A stretch of DNA of 64,000 nucleotides from Cyanophora paradoxa CCMP329. Its lineage: Eukaryota > Plantae > Glaucophyta. Under the pieces are notes generated by a model, which did not search any database, had not been told where the DNA came from, and saw only the letters and a program-made list of their open reading frames with translations. The stretch lies in contig QPMI01000127.1 of NCBI GenBank assembly GCA_004431415.1, forward strand, positions 62,001-126,000, written 5' to 3'. The position numbers and the translations under genes were made by a program. Shown piece after piece: positions 33,471 through 44,535 of the stretch (positions are counted from its first letter, which is position 1; each line of letters starts with the position of its first letter).

Positions 33471-34220
33471 GAGGGAACGGAGGCGACGAAGGTGCAGGTG
33501 GGGTCGGTGGGGCAGGCCGCCGCCGCGAAGCGCGCGCGGTTGCCGAGGCCGGGGGCGTCGTCCGTCCGCACGGGCACGCGGAACGGGAAGAGGCTGGCGG
33601 TGGACGCGGAGTAGCCGGGCCGGGCCATCGCCCTGCGCCTCTGCTTGGGCTGCTGCCGGTACAGATCGCCCTGGCCGTGCGCCCCCTTCTCCCACCGGCC
33701 GACAGCGCACACCTGGGGGCGAGGGGGCCGTCAGGCGAGCGAGCGGGGGCCGGGGGCCGACGACCGCGTGCGTGCGTGCGCGCACCCGGGCGACGCAGCG
33801 GAGGCGCTGGGCCGGAGTCACGATGCTCTGCCCGGGCTGCGGGAGGCGCCCCGCGGCGAGGTTGAGGTCGACGGGGAGCAGGAAGGGCTCCTCCTCCTCC
33901 ATCATGGCCAGCAGCGTCGCCGCGGAGTACGTGCCCGTGTAGAACACGGGCTGGATCGAGTAGATCTCGAGGAGCGCGTTGTGGCGGAGGAGGGCCCCCA
34001 CGAGGCGCTCGCGCTCCGCCCAGTTCGAGAACTGTGCGCCGATGAGGTCGAGGGCGTCGGGCGAGCCGGCGATCGCCGGCCCGACGACCGCCTCCAGCAG
34101 CCACTCGAGCACGAAGCCGGGCCCGTCCCCGCGCACGCCGTAGATGAGGGCGCGCGCGCCCTCCTCCGATGCGAGCAGGACGAGGTTGGCAATCGAGGTC
34201 AGGCTCAGCGGGCACGCCGC
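33470..34220 (-). pseudogene. Intron-containing gene fragment, unknown product
   Basis: GT-AG intron 33713-33785 with a ctgac branch point links CVAR to VCAVGRW. Confidence 0.5.
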
Positions 34221-35080
34221 GACCGCCGCGAGGGGCGCCGCCGGCCACTGCATCGTGGAGATCCCCCGGCAGGACGTCTTCCGGCGGAGGGAGTGGGCCG
34301 TCCAGATCAGCAGCTCGGGTATGAACTTCGCCCTCGTCTGGCTCCGGCCCTGGGAGACCGACCGCACGAGCTCCGTCCCGCTCTGGTTCGTCGTCTCCTG
34401 GCACTGGGCGGCGGCCCCGGCGGCGCCGCAGCTCGCCGTGCGCGCGTGCGATCCCCAGTTGCGCACTGGCGGCGAGGTGGCGGCGGTCTGCGTGCGCGAC
34501 GACGCCGCCTGCGTCGCCGAGCTCATGCGCCCCTCCCGGGGCCCCGGGGGCGCCGCCGGCGCATCCCTCCTGCTCTGGGAAGTGCACGTCGGCACCGGCA
34601 CCGGCGCGGCGCCGCCGCCGCCTCCCGAGGTCATCTACGCCCAGAGCGTCCAGGGGGTGGACGCCCTCCTCCTGACCCCCTCGGGGCACTTTGCCCCCGC
34701 CAGCGCCTCCAGCTCCTCCCGCGCCTGCGAGACCGCGGCGGCCACCAGGGGCCCTGCCAGCGGCTGGGGCAGGGTCGTCGAGATCTCGACCTGCCCCGAG
34801 AAGGCGTGCATGCGCTCGCCCGCCGTCCCGCCGACGAGGGCGAACGAGGGGCGGACTTCGAGGAAGTCGAGCTCGGATCCGGCCACCGCAATCTTGACGG
34901 TGGCCTCAATGACCCACTGCCGCTCGGAGTGCCTGACGAGGCGCTGGCGGCTGGTCGCCCGCACGGGCCCGCTCGCAAGCGCCCCCCCGGAACGGAACGG
35001 AAACACGACGGTGCGGGCGGGCACTGCCGCCTCCAGTGATCGTCAGGGGGGCGCCGGCGGGTGCCCCCGGCTCGGACAAC

Positions 35081-35357
35081 ATGGCAGCGTCGTCACCCGT
35101 GTCGGTGCACCGCGCGTACAAAGACCAGCTGCGGGCATACAGCAAGAAGTCGTTCGACCCCTTCTGTCGGCGCGAGCGCGTGCTCTTCACGCCGGACCCG
35201 GAGCGCTGGCCCGAGGAGGCGGAGACGACGCTGGGGCAGCTGAACTTCTTCCAATGGGCCATCTCCCGGGGCGTGCTGGCGTACGCAGTGGAGCACGCAG
35301 CGGAGATCGAGGAGGACATGACGAGCAACGTGTCGAGCAAGAAGCGGCAGAGGGAGC

Positions 35358-35396
<39 letters not shown>

Positions 35397-35530
35397 CGGC
35401 GGCTGCGGCTCAGAGGCGGGGCGGGCGGGAGGCCGGCGGCACCGGTGGGCGCCGCCGCCGGAAGCAGATCTCGGAGGATCACTCGCAGGGCGTGAACATG
35501 TTCCGGAACGTGAAGGTGCAGTTCGACTAA
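35081..35530 (+). CDS. Conserved NCLDV hypothetical protein (probably 5' truncated) with poly-Gln
   Basis: YKDQLRAYSKKSFDPFCR...ETTLGQLNFFQWA motif, recalled from mimivirus and phycodnavirus proteins. Confidence 0.8.
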
Positions 35531-35580
35531 GCAGATCTAGACCGGCCCCTGTAATTTTGTTCGGTATCAATTCACACACG

Positions 35581-35949
35581 ATGTCCCTTGCCGAGGAGCG
35601 GCCGGGGGAGGCCGGCCTCTTTGCCTCCGCCCCGATCCCCGCTCGCACCACGATTGGGCTCTACGAGGGTGCGCGCACCGCCGCCCGCCCGCCGCCGCCG
35701 CCGCCAGCCGGCGCGCCCCTGCGCCTCGCGGACCACCTGGCCATCCCGCCCACCCACTCCCGGCCCGCCTACTGGGTGCGGGGCACGGGGCTCCTGGCCC
35801 GTGCCCGCGCGGGGGAGCCCCCCGAGGCCAACCTCCAGGTCATGCGGGCACGTGGCTCGCGGGAGGGCATGGGCTTTCTTTTCCGCACGACGCGCAAGGT
35901 GGCCCGGGGCGAGGAGCTCGTTGTGGACCTGGCGGACGTGGTGTACTAA
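35581..35949 (+). CDS. Small divergent SET-domain protein
   Basis: GLFASAPIPARTTIGLYEG...TTRKVARGEELVVD; NHS and terminal Tyr motifs are degenerate. Confidence 0.65.
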   Translation: MSLAEERPGEAGLFASAPIPARTTIGLYEGARTAARPPPPPPAGAPLRLADHLAIPPTHSRPAYWVRGTGLLARARAGEPPEANLQVMRARGSREGMGFLFRTTRKVARGEELVVDLADVVY

Positions 35950-36044
35950 GGCGCCCGCCCCCCCTCCCAGTAGCCCCTCCGTGGGAGTACGGTACGTACC
36001 GTCCCGCGGCCCGCGCCGTGCTGCTCTAGCCACGGGCACTGCTG

Positions 36045-36368
36045 CTAGCTGTTGTAAATGATGACGACCCTCCCGGGACCGCCGGCAAAGAACGGCCCCT
36101 GTGCCTGCCACTGGGCCGACGTCGACCCAAAGCCGCCGCCGACACCGATGCCAGCAACGTAGTCAGGGTCGGAGTTACCGCCTGCCGCTGGGAACGAGAA
36201 GTTTGTTGTGTGCGTGGCGGGCAGGGTCAACCCCCCGGAGATGATCCGGGGCCCGGAGAACCAACTGGAGCCGCCCCCGCCTCCGAAGCCGCCCGACCCC
36301 CCGCCGTAGTAGCCGCCGCCGCCTCCACCGCCAATGTAGTATGTCATGTTCCCTCCGGCGTACTGGGC
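36045..36368 (-). pseudogene. Glycine-rich domain protein, C-terminal fragment (paralog of 26991-27258)
   Basis: GGGGGGYYGGGSGG.GGGGGSSW...DPDY...GPGRVVIIY. Confidence 0.75.
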
Positions 36369-36370
36369 CC

Positions 36371-37390
36371 CCTCAAAGAGTGAGCGGGCGGGGGGCGTTG
36401 CTGATCCCGCCCCTGCTCCCGCCCTCCTCGGGCTGACTTTCCTCGTCCTTCTAGGCTCTTCTGCGTCGCGGATCTCTCCGGGGCGGCCCTGCGCGCCCTG
36501 CCGCGCCTCACCGCACTCGAGAGCTTCTGCGGGCCTCTCGGGGTACGCCGCCCCGACCCTCCCTGCCCGCCCGCCCGCCCGCCCGCGGTCGCCCGACCCC
36601 GCGCAGCTCAAGGCCGACGCGGGCGCCGATGACGTGGCGGCCCTCGGCTCCTGCGCGGCGCTGAAGAGCGTGGGGCCGCTGCACCTGCACTCAGGGCCCC
36701 CCGGCGATCAGGGGCGCGCCGGGGAGCAGCTCGCCGGGCTCGTGGCGGCCCTCGGGCGCTCCTCCTCCATCGCCGACCTCGAGCTGCGCCTCGGCACGGC
36801 AGAGACGCCGCCCGGGGCCACCGAGCTCGAAGCGCTCGCGGCGCTGGCCGGCGCGGCCCGCGGGCGCCTCTCGCTGGAGCTGGAGGTGGACCTCGAGCCG
36901 GGCTGGCCGGCGCAGGCCGCCGCGGCGCTGGCGCCGGCCCCGCCCCGCCGCCTCGTCCTCTCGGCCACCGTCAGCGAGCCGGCCATGGAGGGCGGCTGGC
37001 TGGCCGGCCTCGCCGCCTTCGCCAACTGCTCAGAGGACATCGAGGTCCGCCCGCCCGCCCGCCCGCCCGCCCGCCCGCGCCCCTTGCCTGCGCCCCGGCT
37101 CAAGCTTAGGCATGCTAAGCTTGCAAAGCTGAGTAGACGAGGAGCTGAGGGCGGGGCGGCAGGTGCGGGTGCGCACGGGGAGCGACGGGGAGGACGGGGG
37201 CGGGTTCGGCCGGGATCCGGAGCGGGCGATGGAGGGGGCGGGGGGCGGCTCGGGCCCTCCCCTCCGCCCGCGTCGGCTTCCGCGGCCGCGCCATCGACGC
37301 CGGATCCGAGCTCGGGATCGACATCTAGCAGGGGCGGCGAGCGCAGGCAGGTCTGCCCCCGCGCGCCCGAGCGCATGCGCAGCTAGTTAA
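36371..37390 (+). pseudogene. F-box gene, 3' remnant
   Basis: Nearly identical to 41918-42922; 5' part replaced by viral DNA. Confidence 0.75.
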
Positions 37391-37557
37391 GCCGACTCGA
37401 CTTTCTGTCTAATTGCTCCGGATCCAGTCCTCCAGTTCCGGAATCCGGCTTTTTCGACTTGTCCCTTGTAGCCGGCGCCTTGTTAACATTGCAGGAAAAT
37501 ACTCGAACAGAAATAAGGGGGCAGGCGCCTGCGGCTAGCGAGGTTAGGAACGGGGGT

Positions 37558-38947
37558 CTACTTGAAGCTGAGCTGGTTCAGCTGCGACTGGAGCAGCGCG
37601 TCCAGGCTCGCCTCTGCGTCGCCCGCCGCCGCCGCCGTCAGAAAACAAGCGGGGAGGGAAGGGGCCGGGCCCGCACCGCCCTGTGCTGGGCGGGGCTCCC
37701 CGCCGGCCGTGCCGGGACGGGGACGGCGCCGGGGACGGGGAGGGGCCGGGAGTGCATGGGGAAGCCGCCGCCCATCATGCCATCGGCTGCTGCTGGAAGA
37801 ACGGCTGCGGGGCGGCGGGGCCGGCGGGGGGCGGGCCGCCCAGCATGCCCGGCGGGCCCGCCATCGCCATGGGCGACATCCGCGCCTGCGCCTGCGCCTG
37901 CTGCTGCTGCTGCGCCATCATCATCGCCGGCTGGCCCATCAGGGGCGACGCCCGCGCCGCCATCGGCTGCTGCTGCGCATTGAGCATCTGGAGCTGCTGG
38001 AGCTGCGCGGCGCGCTGCCCGGGGCCGGCCTGGAAGGGGACCTGCACGGAGGAGGCGGTGGCGGGGATCGAGAAGGCCGCCGCCGCCGGCGCCGCGACGG
38101 CGAAGGCGCCCCAGTCCAGGGAGGCGGGGGGGAGGGGCCCGGGGACTGCCCGGGGGCGAGGCGGAGGGCGGGGGTAGCTCGAGGGCGCGGGGGCCGGCAG
38201 CTTCGAGAAGTCGGCGAAGAAGTCGTCCCCCCGGCCGAGGGGACGCTCGAGGGGCCGGCGAGGCCGCCGGTGGCGGCGGCGTCGGCGAGGGGCGGGGGCG
38301 CCGCCGCCCGGCCCGCCCCACTCGAACAGGTCCAGCAGATCCGAGGCGCCCGCCGCCGGCCGCGCGGGTGCGGCCGGCGCCGCCGGCGCTGCTGCCCTGC
38401 TGGGCCCTGCCGCCGCTCTGCCGCCGCCGGCGCCGCCGCCGCTGCCGATCCAGTCCACCATATCGAAGAGGCCCTTTGTGTCGGCCGGGGCTTGGGCGAG
38501 GGCGACGGCGAGGGCGAGGCCGCCGGCGCCGGTGCCGGCGAGGCCCGCGCGGCTGCGGCTGCCGGCACGTCAGGCGCCGCGGGAGCGGGCGGGGCGGCGA
38601 GGGGCCGGGCGAACCGCCGCGCGCGGAGTCGTCAGAGGGGGTGGGCGAGGCCGAGGGGGAGGCCCGCACGAGGGCGGGTAGGGGCGTGCGGGAGCGGACC
38701 TGCGGGCAAAGGCTCAGAGAGGGGGCTACAGGGGGCGCGGGGCGGGGCGGGGCGCACGGGAAGGGACGAGGCGCCGACCTCCTTCATGACGGCCTCCAGG
38801 CGCTGCAGAACCTGGGGTACGGGATTCAGTGGCGGCTGGGGTGGGGCGGGTACGAGAATTCACCTGGAAGATGTCGGGGCGGGTGGAGGGGTCGGGGTTG
38901 AGGAGGAAGCGGATGAGCTGGTTGATCGACTCGGGGTGCCGCACGAA
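37558..38947 (-). pseudogene. NAK kinase 3' exons (copy A1)
   Basis: INQLIRFLLNPDPSTRPDIFQ plus Pro/Gln-rich tail. Confidence 0.8.
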
Positions 38948-38988
38948 CTGGAGGGGCCCTCAGGCCGGCTGAAGGGGGCTAGGGGTAC

Positions 38989-40694
38989 CGGGCAATGATG
39001 CGGGAGCGCCCGTGCCCCGTCGGGATGAAGTACGCAATAAGGCCGCCCTGGCCCATCTTGAAGCTGCGGGGCACGTGAGGGACACGAGGGGTACAGGGGG
39101 GTCCGGCGCACGCGGAGGTGTACTCCCGAGGGTGGGGGTACGAATGTCAGCGCGTTCTCAGCGAGCCTGGGGTACATGTCAGTGAGGACGGAGAAGGGGT
39201 CGGGAGACAAGGGGGCTAAGACGCGGACATCGAGCCAGCCATTGCCATGTCGCCTCGGAAGCCGCCGTCCGGCCTCTGCGGCGCGAGGGGTTGGGCGGGC
39301 GGGCGGGCGCGGGCGGTCGGTGCCGTGGGGGGGGGGGGGGTACCGCACCTCCTCGAACGTGAAGGAGAGGGGCCCGGCGCGGTAGCGGTTGCCCTGCGCG
39401 CGGGTTCGAATCCGCGCGGCGGTGGATTCGGGGGCGGGCGGGCGCGCCTGGACGCTGTGGTGCGAGAAGGGTACGTGCGTCGGGTCGATCACGTTCTCGA
39501 CGAGCACCGTGTAGTCTGGGGGTACGGGGTCAGACTTCAGAGACTCGAAGGGGGGCGGAGCCCAAGGCCCCGGCCGCCGGCACCGTAGGGCCTGCCGGGA
39601 GCAGCGATCAGGTAAGGGCGTGGTGTGGGGGGGGAGAAGAAGGGGGGGTACGGACGCACAGGTCGCGGACGACATCGACGTACTCCATGTCGGGGCGGGC
39701 GATGGTCGGGGAGAGGGGTATCGCCTCCTCCGGGCCCTCGCTCCCGCGTCCGCCCACAGCTGCCGCGGCTATCAGCTGGGAGAGAAGGCAGGGGCGGGTG
39801 GGCGAATGGGTGGGGGGGGTACGGGCCCAGACGAGGCCCTGCTTGACGGTGACTTGGTAGGACTTGATGCAGGTGCGGGCCTCGTTGATGGGGACCTCCG
39901 CCGGCAGCTGCGGGATCCGCAGGCACTTGCCCGCCCCTGCGCGCGCGCCTCGGACATCAGCGGCGGTGGCGGCGGCGGCGGCGGCCGCGGCGGCGGGCCC
40001 GGGCCGGGGAGGCGCGCCGTCGAACTGCCAGCCGTGGTAGCCGCACTCGAGGGTGCCGGCGCCGCAGCCCTCGGAGCGCGGCACGACGCGGCCCTCCGAG
40101 AGCGGCACCGCGCGGTGCGGGCACCGGTCCTCCACGCACCGGATCTGCGCGGAGGGCGCCGCTCGGGCGCCGCTCGGGCGGCGAGCGCGCGAGGCGGGAC
40201 GGGGCGGGGCGCGCCTGGTCATCCTCGTCGGCGCGCCACAGCACGAGCGGCTCGTCGAAGAGGGAGAAGCGGTACGGCGTGCCCACGGGGAAGTCCTGCG
40301 GGCCGGGCAGACATGTCACGCGCGCCGGCGGCGGTCCGACGGTCGGGCCGGGGCGCCGCACCACGAGGGGGGTCACGGGATACCACTGCTTGCGCCAGTC
40401 GAAGGTCTGCGCGGCGCTCGCCGGCTGCTCGGCCGGCCTTGTTTCGGAGGCCGCCGGCGGCGTCGCCTGCATCCGTACGCGTGCCGGAGCGAACGACCGC
40501 CGAGCCGCCGCGCGCGCCGCATCGAACCGGGACTGCGGCGCCCCGGCGCTGAACCTGGCGCCGCGCGCTGGCCGGCTGGCCGCCGAGAACTGGCCGGCAG
40601 CGGGGCACGTGCAGGCCCGGCCCGGGGCGCCCGTCGAGGGCGTGAGAGATCCTTTGGCCCCTGCCAGAAGGCCCTGACCGACCGCGAACGCCAT
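38989..40694 (-). pseudogene. Plastid-targeted PAO/Tic55-like Rieske oxygenase, 3' truncated (copy A1)
   Basis: MAF transit peptide, FDWRKQWYPV, DRCPHR..PLSEG, ECGYHGWQFD, ENVIDPTHVPFSH; multiple introns. Confidence 0.88.
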
Positions 40695-40816
40695 ATCGGA
40701 AGTCTCGAGTCCCTGCGACTCTGAATTTGTGTACCCCCCTCAGTCCCCAGGCCCCAGGGCCCGCCTGGGCCCGCCTCACGCCAGCGCTAGCACAGCAGTC
40801 CGATCGACGGCGCGGG

Positions 40817-42922
40817 ATGGGAAACCAGCTCGGTAAGCGCAAGAGAGAGGATGCGTCTCCCGGGGACGCGCACCCGCCCGCATCCTGCAGCGAAGATCAG
40901 CCATCAGCGCCAGTCGAAGATGCGGAGATCGAGCCGCTGCCCCGTTCAGTTCTTTCGCGCTTATTCGCCATTCGCCGCTTCGCCCCGAAACCGGAATCTC
41001 CGACGGACGATACCCCAGCGGGGGCTGCAACCGAAGCCGCGCCGGGGGAAGCGGCATCGCCCTTCAGGCATCTGCCAGACGGCGTGCTCTCACAGATCTT
41101 CGAGCTCCTGGGCCTGCGGACCGTGGCCGTCGCGCGCTTGATGTGCCGCCGCTGGCGCAACGTGGCCGAGACGTTCGAGTGGCGCAATCTGGAGCTTGCG
41201 GTGGAGAGCGTCGAGCAACTGGATCAGATCGCGAGCCAGATCGCGAGTGGAGGCCAGGAGTGCGGGGGCCGGCGGTGGATCCGCTTGGCGCCCGGCGCGT
41301 CGCTGCGCCTGGAGGTGGACCGGAGAGCGGGCGTTCTCCGGGCGTCGGACGGCCAGAAGAGCCCGTGGGAGGCCGCCCTCGCGCTCGCGTCGGCGTGCGC
41401 GGCGGCGAGCGGCGGCCTCGGCGAAGTCGACCTCACCTGCGACTCCTCCGGGCCCTCGCGCTCCTGCTTCGGCGGCCTTCTCGGCGCCCTCGCGCCGCCC
41501 GGCGGCGCCGCCTGCGCCGCCCTCCGCAGCGTCTCGATCCAGGCGCGCGGCCTCTTCTCCTCCTACGACTGCAAGGGCCTCCCCGCCCCTGCCGAGTTCG
41601 AGCCGCTCCTCCGCCCCTTCCCAACCTCGAGGGCCTCTCGCTCCCCGTCTGCTGCACCGCCGACCGCGCATCGGCCGCCGCCCTCGCCCAATCCCTCCCG
41701 CGCCTCAAGCGGGTGCGCCCTGCCCTTGCGCCCCGCGCCCGCGCGAGCCCTCAATGCACCGTCCGCAGCTGGAGATGAGCGTGGGGCGCTTCGACGCCGT
41801 GGCGGGCCTGGCGTCCCTCTCCTCTCTGGAGTTTCTCCAGATCCACAACGAGGCCTTCGAACCCCCCGACGCGGCGCCCCTCATCGAGGGCCTCGCCTCC
41901 GGCCCCGCCGCGCGCTCCCTCAAAGAGTGAGCGGGCGGGGGGCGTTGCTGATCCCGCCCCTGCTCCCGCCCTCCTCGGGCTGACTTTCCTCGTCCTTCTA
42001 GGCTCTTCTGCGTCGCGGATCTCTCCGGGGCGGCCCTGCGCGCCCTGCCGCGCCTCGCCGCACTCGAGAGCTTCTGCGGGCCTCTCGGGGTACGCCGCCC
42101 CGACCCTCCCTGCCCGCCCGCCCGCCCGCCCGCGGTCGCCCGACCCCGCGCAGCTCAAGGCCGACGCGGGCGCCGATGACGTGGCGGCCCTCGGCTCCTG
42201 CGCGGCGCTGAAGAGCGTGGGGCCGCTGCACCTGCACTCAGGGCCCCCGGCGATCAGGGGCGCGCCGGGGAGCAGCTCGCCGGGCTCGTGGCGGCCCTCG
42301 GGCGCTCCTCCTCCATCGCCGACCTCGAGCTGCGCCTCGGCACGGCAGAGACGCCGCCCGGGGCCACCGAGCTCGAAGCGCTCGCGGCGCTGGCCGGCGC
42401 GGCCCGCGGGCGCCTCTCGCTGGAGCTGGAGGTGGACCTCGAGCCGGGCTGGCCGGCGCAGGCCGCCGCGGCGCTGGCGCCGGCCCCGCCCCGCCGCCTC
42501 GTCCTCTCGGCCACCGTCAGCGAGCCGGCCATGGAGGGCGGCTGGCTGGCCGGCCTCGCCGCCTTCGCCAACTGCTCAGAGGACATCGAGGTCCGCCCGC
42601 CCGCCCGCCCGCCCGCGCCCCTTGCCTGCGCCCCGGCTCAAGCTTAGGCATGCTAAGCTTGCAAAGCTGAGTAGACGAGGAGCTGAGGGCGGGGCGGCAG
42701 GTGCGGGTGCGCACGGGGAGCGACGGGGAGGACGGGGGCGGGTTCGGCCGGGAGCGGGCGATGGAGGGGGCGGGGGGCGGCTCGGGCCCTCCCCTCCGCC
42801 CGCGTCGGCTTCCGCGGCCGCGCCATCGACGCCGGATCCGAGCTCGGGATCGACATCTAGCAGGGGCGGCGAGCGCAGGCAGGTCTGCCCCCGCGCGCCC
42901 GAGCGCATGCGCAGCTAGTTAA
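40817..42922 (+). CDS. F-box/LRR-like protein, multi-exon
   Basis: FRHLPDGVLSQIFELL...RLMCRRWRNV; Leu-rich repeats; short introns; MG start. Confidence 0.8.
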
Positions 42923-43089
42923 GCCGACTCGACTTTCTGTCTAATTGCTCCGGATCCAGTCCTCCAGTTCCGGAATCCGGCTTTTTCGACTTGTCCCTTG
43001 TAGCCGGCGCCTTGTTAACATTGCAGGAAAATACTCGAACAGAAATAAGGGGGCAGGCGCCTGCGGCTAGCGAGGTTAGGAACGGGGGT

Positions 43090-44494
43090 CTACTTGAAGC
43101 TGAGCTGGTTCAGCTGCGACTGGAGCAGCGCGTCCAGGCTCGCCTCTGCGTCGCCCGCCGCCGCCGCCGTCAGAAAACAAGCGGGGAGGGAAGGGGCCGG
43201 GCCCGCACCGCCCTGTGCTGGGGCGGGGCTCCCCGCCGGCCGTGCCGGGACGGGGGACGGCGCCGGGGACGGGGAGGGGGCCGGGGAGTGCATGGGGAAG
43301 CCTGCGCCCATCATGCCCATCGGCTGCTGCTGGAAGAAGGGCTGCGGGGCGGCGGGGCCGGCGGGGGGCGGGCCGCCCAGCATGCCCGGCGGGCCCGCCA
43401 TCGCCATGGGCGACATCCGCGCCTGCGCCTGCGCCTGCTGCTGCTGCTGCGCCATCATCATCGCCGGCTGGCCCATCAGGGGCGACGCCCGCGCCGCCAT
43501 CGGCTGCTGCTGCGCATTGAGCATCTGGAGCTGCTGGAGCTGCGCGGCGCGCTGCCCGGGGCCGGCCTGGAAGGGGACCTGCACGGAGGAGGCGGTGGCG
43601 GGGATCGAGAAGGCCGCCGCCGCCGGCGCCGCGACGGCGAAGGCGCCCCAGTCCAGGGAGGCGGGGGGGGAGGGGCCCGGGGACTGCCCGGGGGGCGAGG
43701 CGGAGGGCGGGGGGTAGCTCGAGGGCGCGGGGGCCGGCAGCTTCGAGAAGTCGGCGAAGAAGTCGTCCCCCCCGGCCGAGGGGACGCTCGAGGGGGCCGG
43801 CGAGGCCGCCGGTGGCGGCGGCGTCGGCGAGGGGGCGGGGGCGCCGCCGCCCGGCCCGCCCCACTCGAACAGGTCCAGCAGATCCGAGGCGCCCGCCGCC
43901 GGCCGCGCGGGTGCGGCCGGCGCCGCCGGCGCTGCTGCCCTGCTGGGCCCTGCCGCCGCTCTGCCGCCGCCGGCGCCGCCGCCGCTGCCGATCCAGTCCA
44001 CCATATCGAAGAGGCCCTTTGTGTCGGCCGGGGGCTTGGGCGAGGGCGACGGCGAGGGCGAGGCCGCCGGCGCCGGTGCCGGCGAGGCCCGCGCGGCTGC
44101 GGCTGCCGGGCACGTCAGGCGCCGCGGGGAGCGGGGCGGGGCGGCGAGGGGCCGGGCGAACCGCCGCGCGCGGAGTCGTCAGAGGGGGTGGGCGAGGCCG
44201 AGGGGGAGGCCCGCACGAGGGCGGGTAGGGGCGTGCGGGAGCGGACCTGCGGGCAAAGGCTCAGAGAGGGGGCTACAGGGGGCGCGGGGCGGGGCGGGGC
44301 GCACGGGAAGGGACGAGGCGCCGACCTCCTTCATGACGGCCTCCAGGCGCTGCAGAACCTGGGGTACGGGATTCAGTGGCGGCTGGGGTGGGGCGGGTAC
44401 GAGAATTCACCTGGAAGATGTCGGGGCGGGTGGAGGGGTCGGGGTTGAGGAGGAAGCGGATGAGCTGGTTGATCGACTCGGGGTGCCGCACGAA
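43090..44494 (-). pseudogene. NAK kinase 3' exons (copy A2)
   Basis: Duplicate of 37558-38947. Confidence 0.8.
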
Positions 44495-44535
44495 CTGGAG
44501 GGGCCCTCAGGCCGGCTGAAGGGGGCTAGGGGTAC

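Larger units (their letters stand above)
1..36370. mobile_element. Fragmented endogenous giant virus (Nucleocytoviricota) region mixed with host-type gene fragments; left end outside window
   Basis: Contains VLTF3, D5-like helicase, conserved YSKKxFDPFCR protein, S74, Gly-rich, JAB, SET and Zn-finger nuclease pieces; mostly intronless; abuts intron-rich host genes at ~36370. Confidence 0.85.

Noticed and set aside
34144-35949. 601 aa ORF and similar long Arg/Pro/Gly-rich ORFs across the window
   Set aside because: Stop-poor shadow frames of GC-rich DNA spanning several real pieces.
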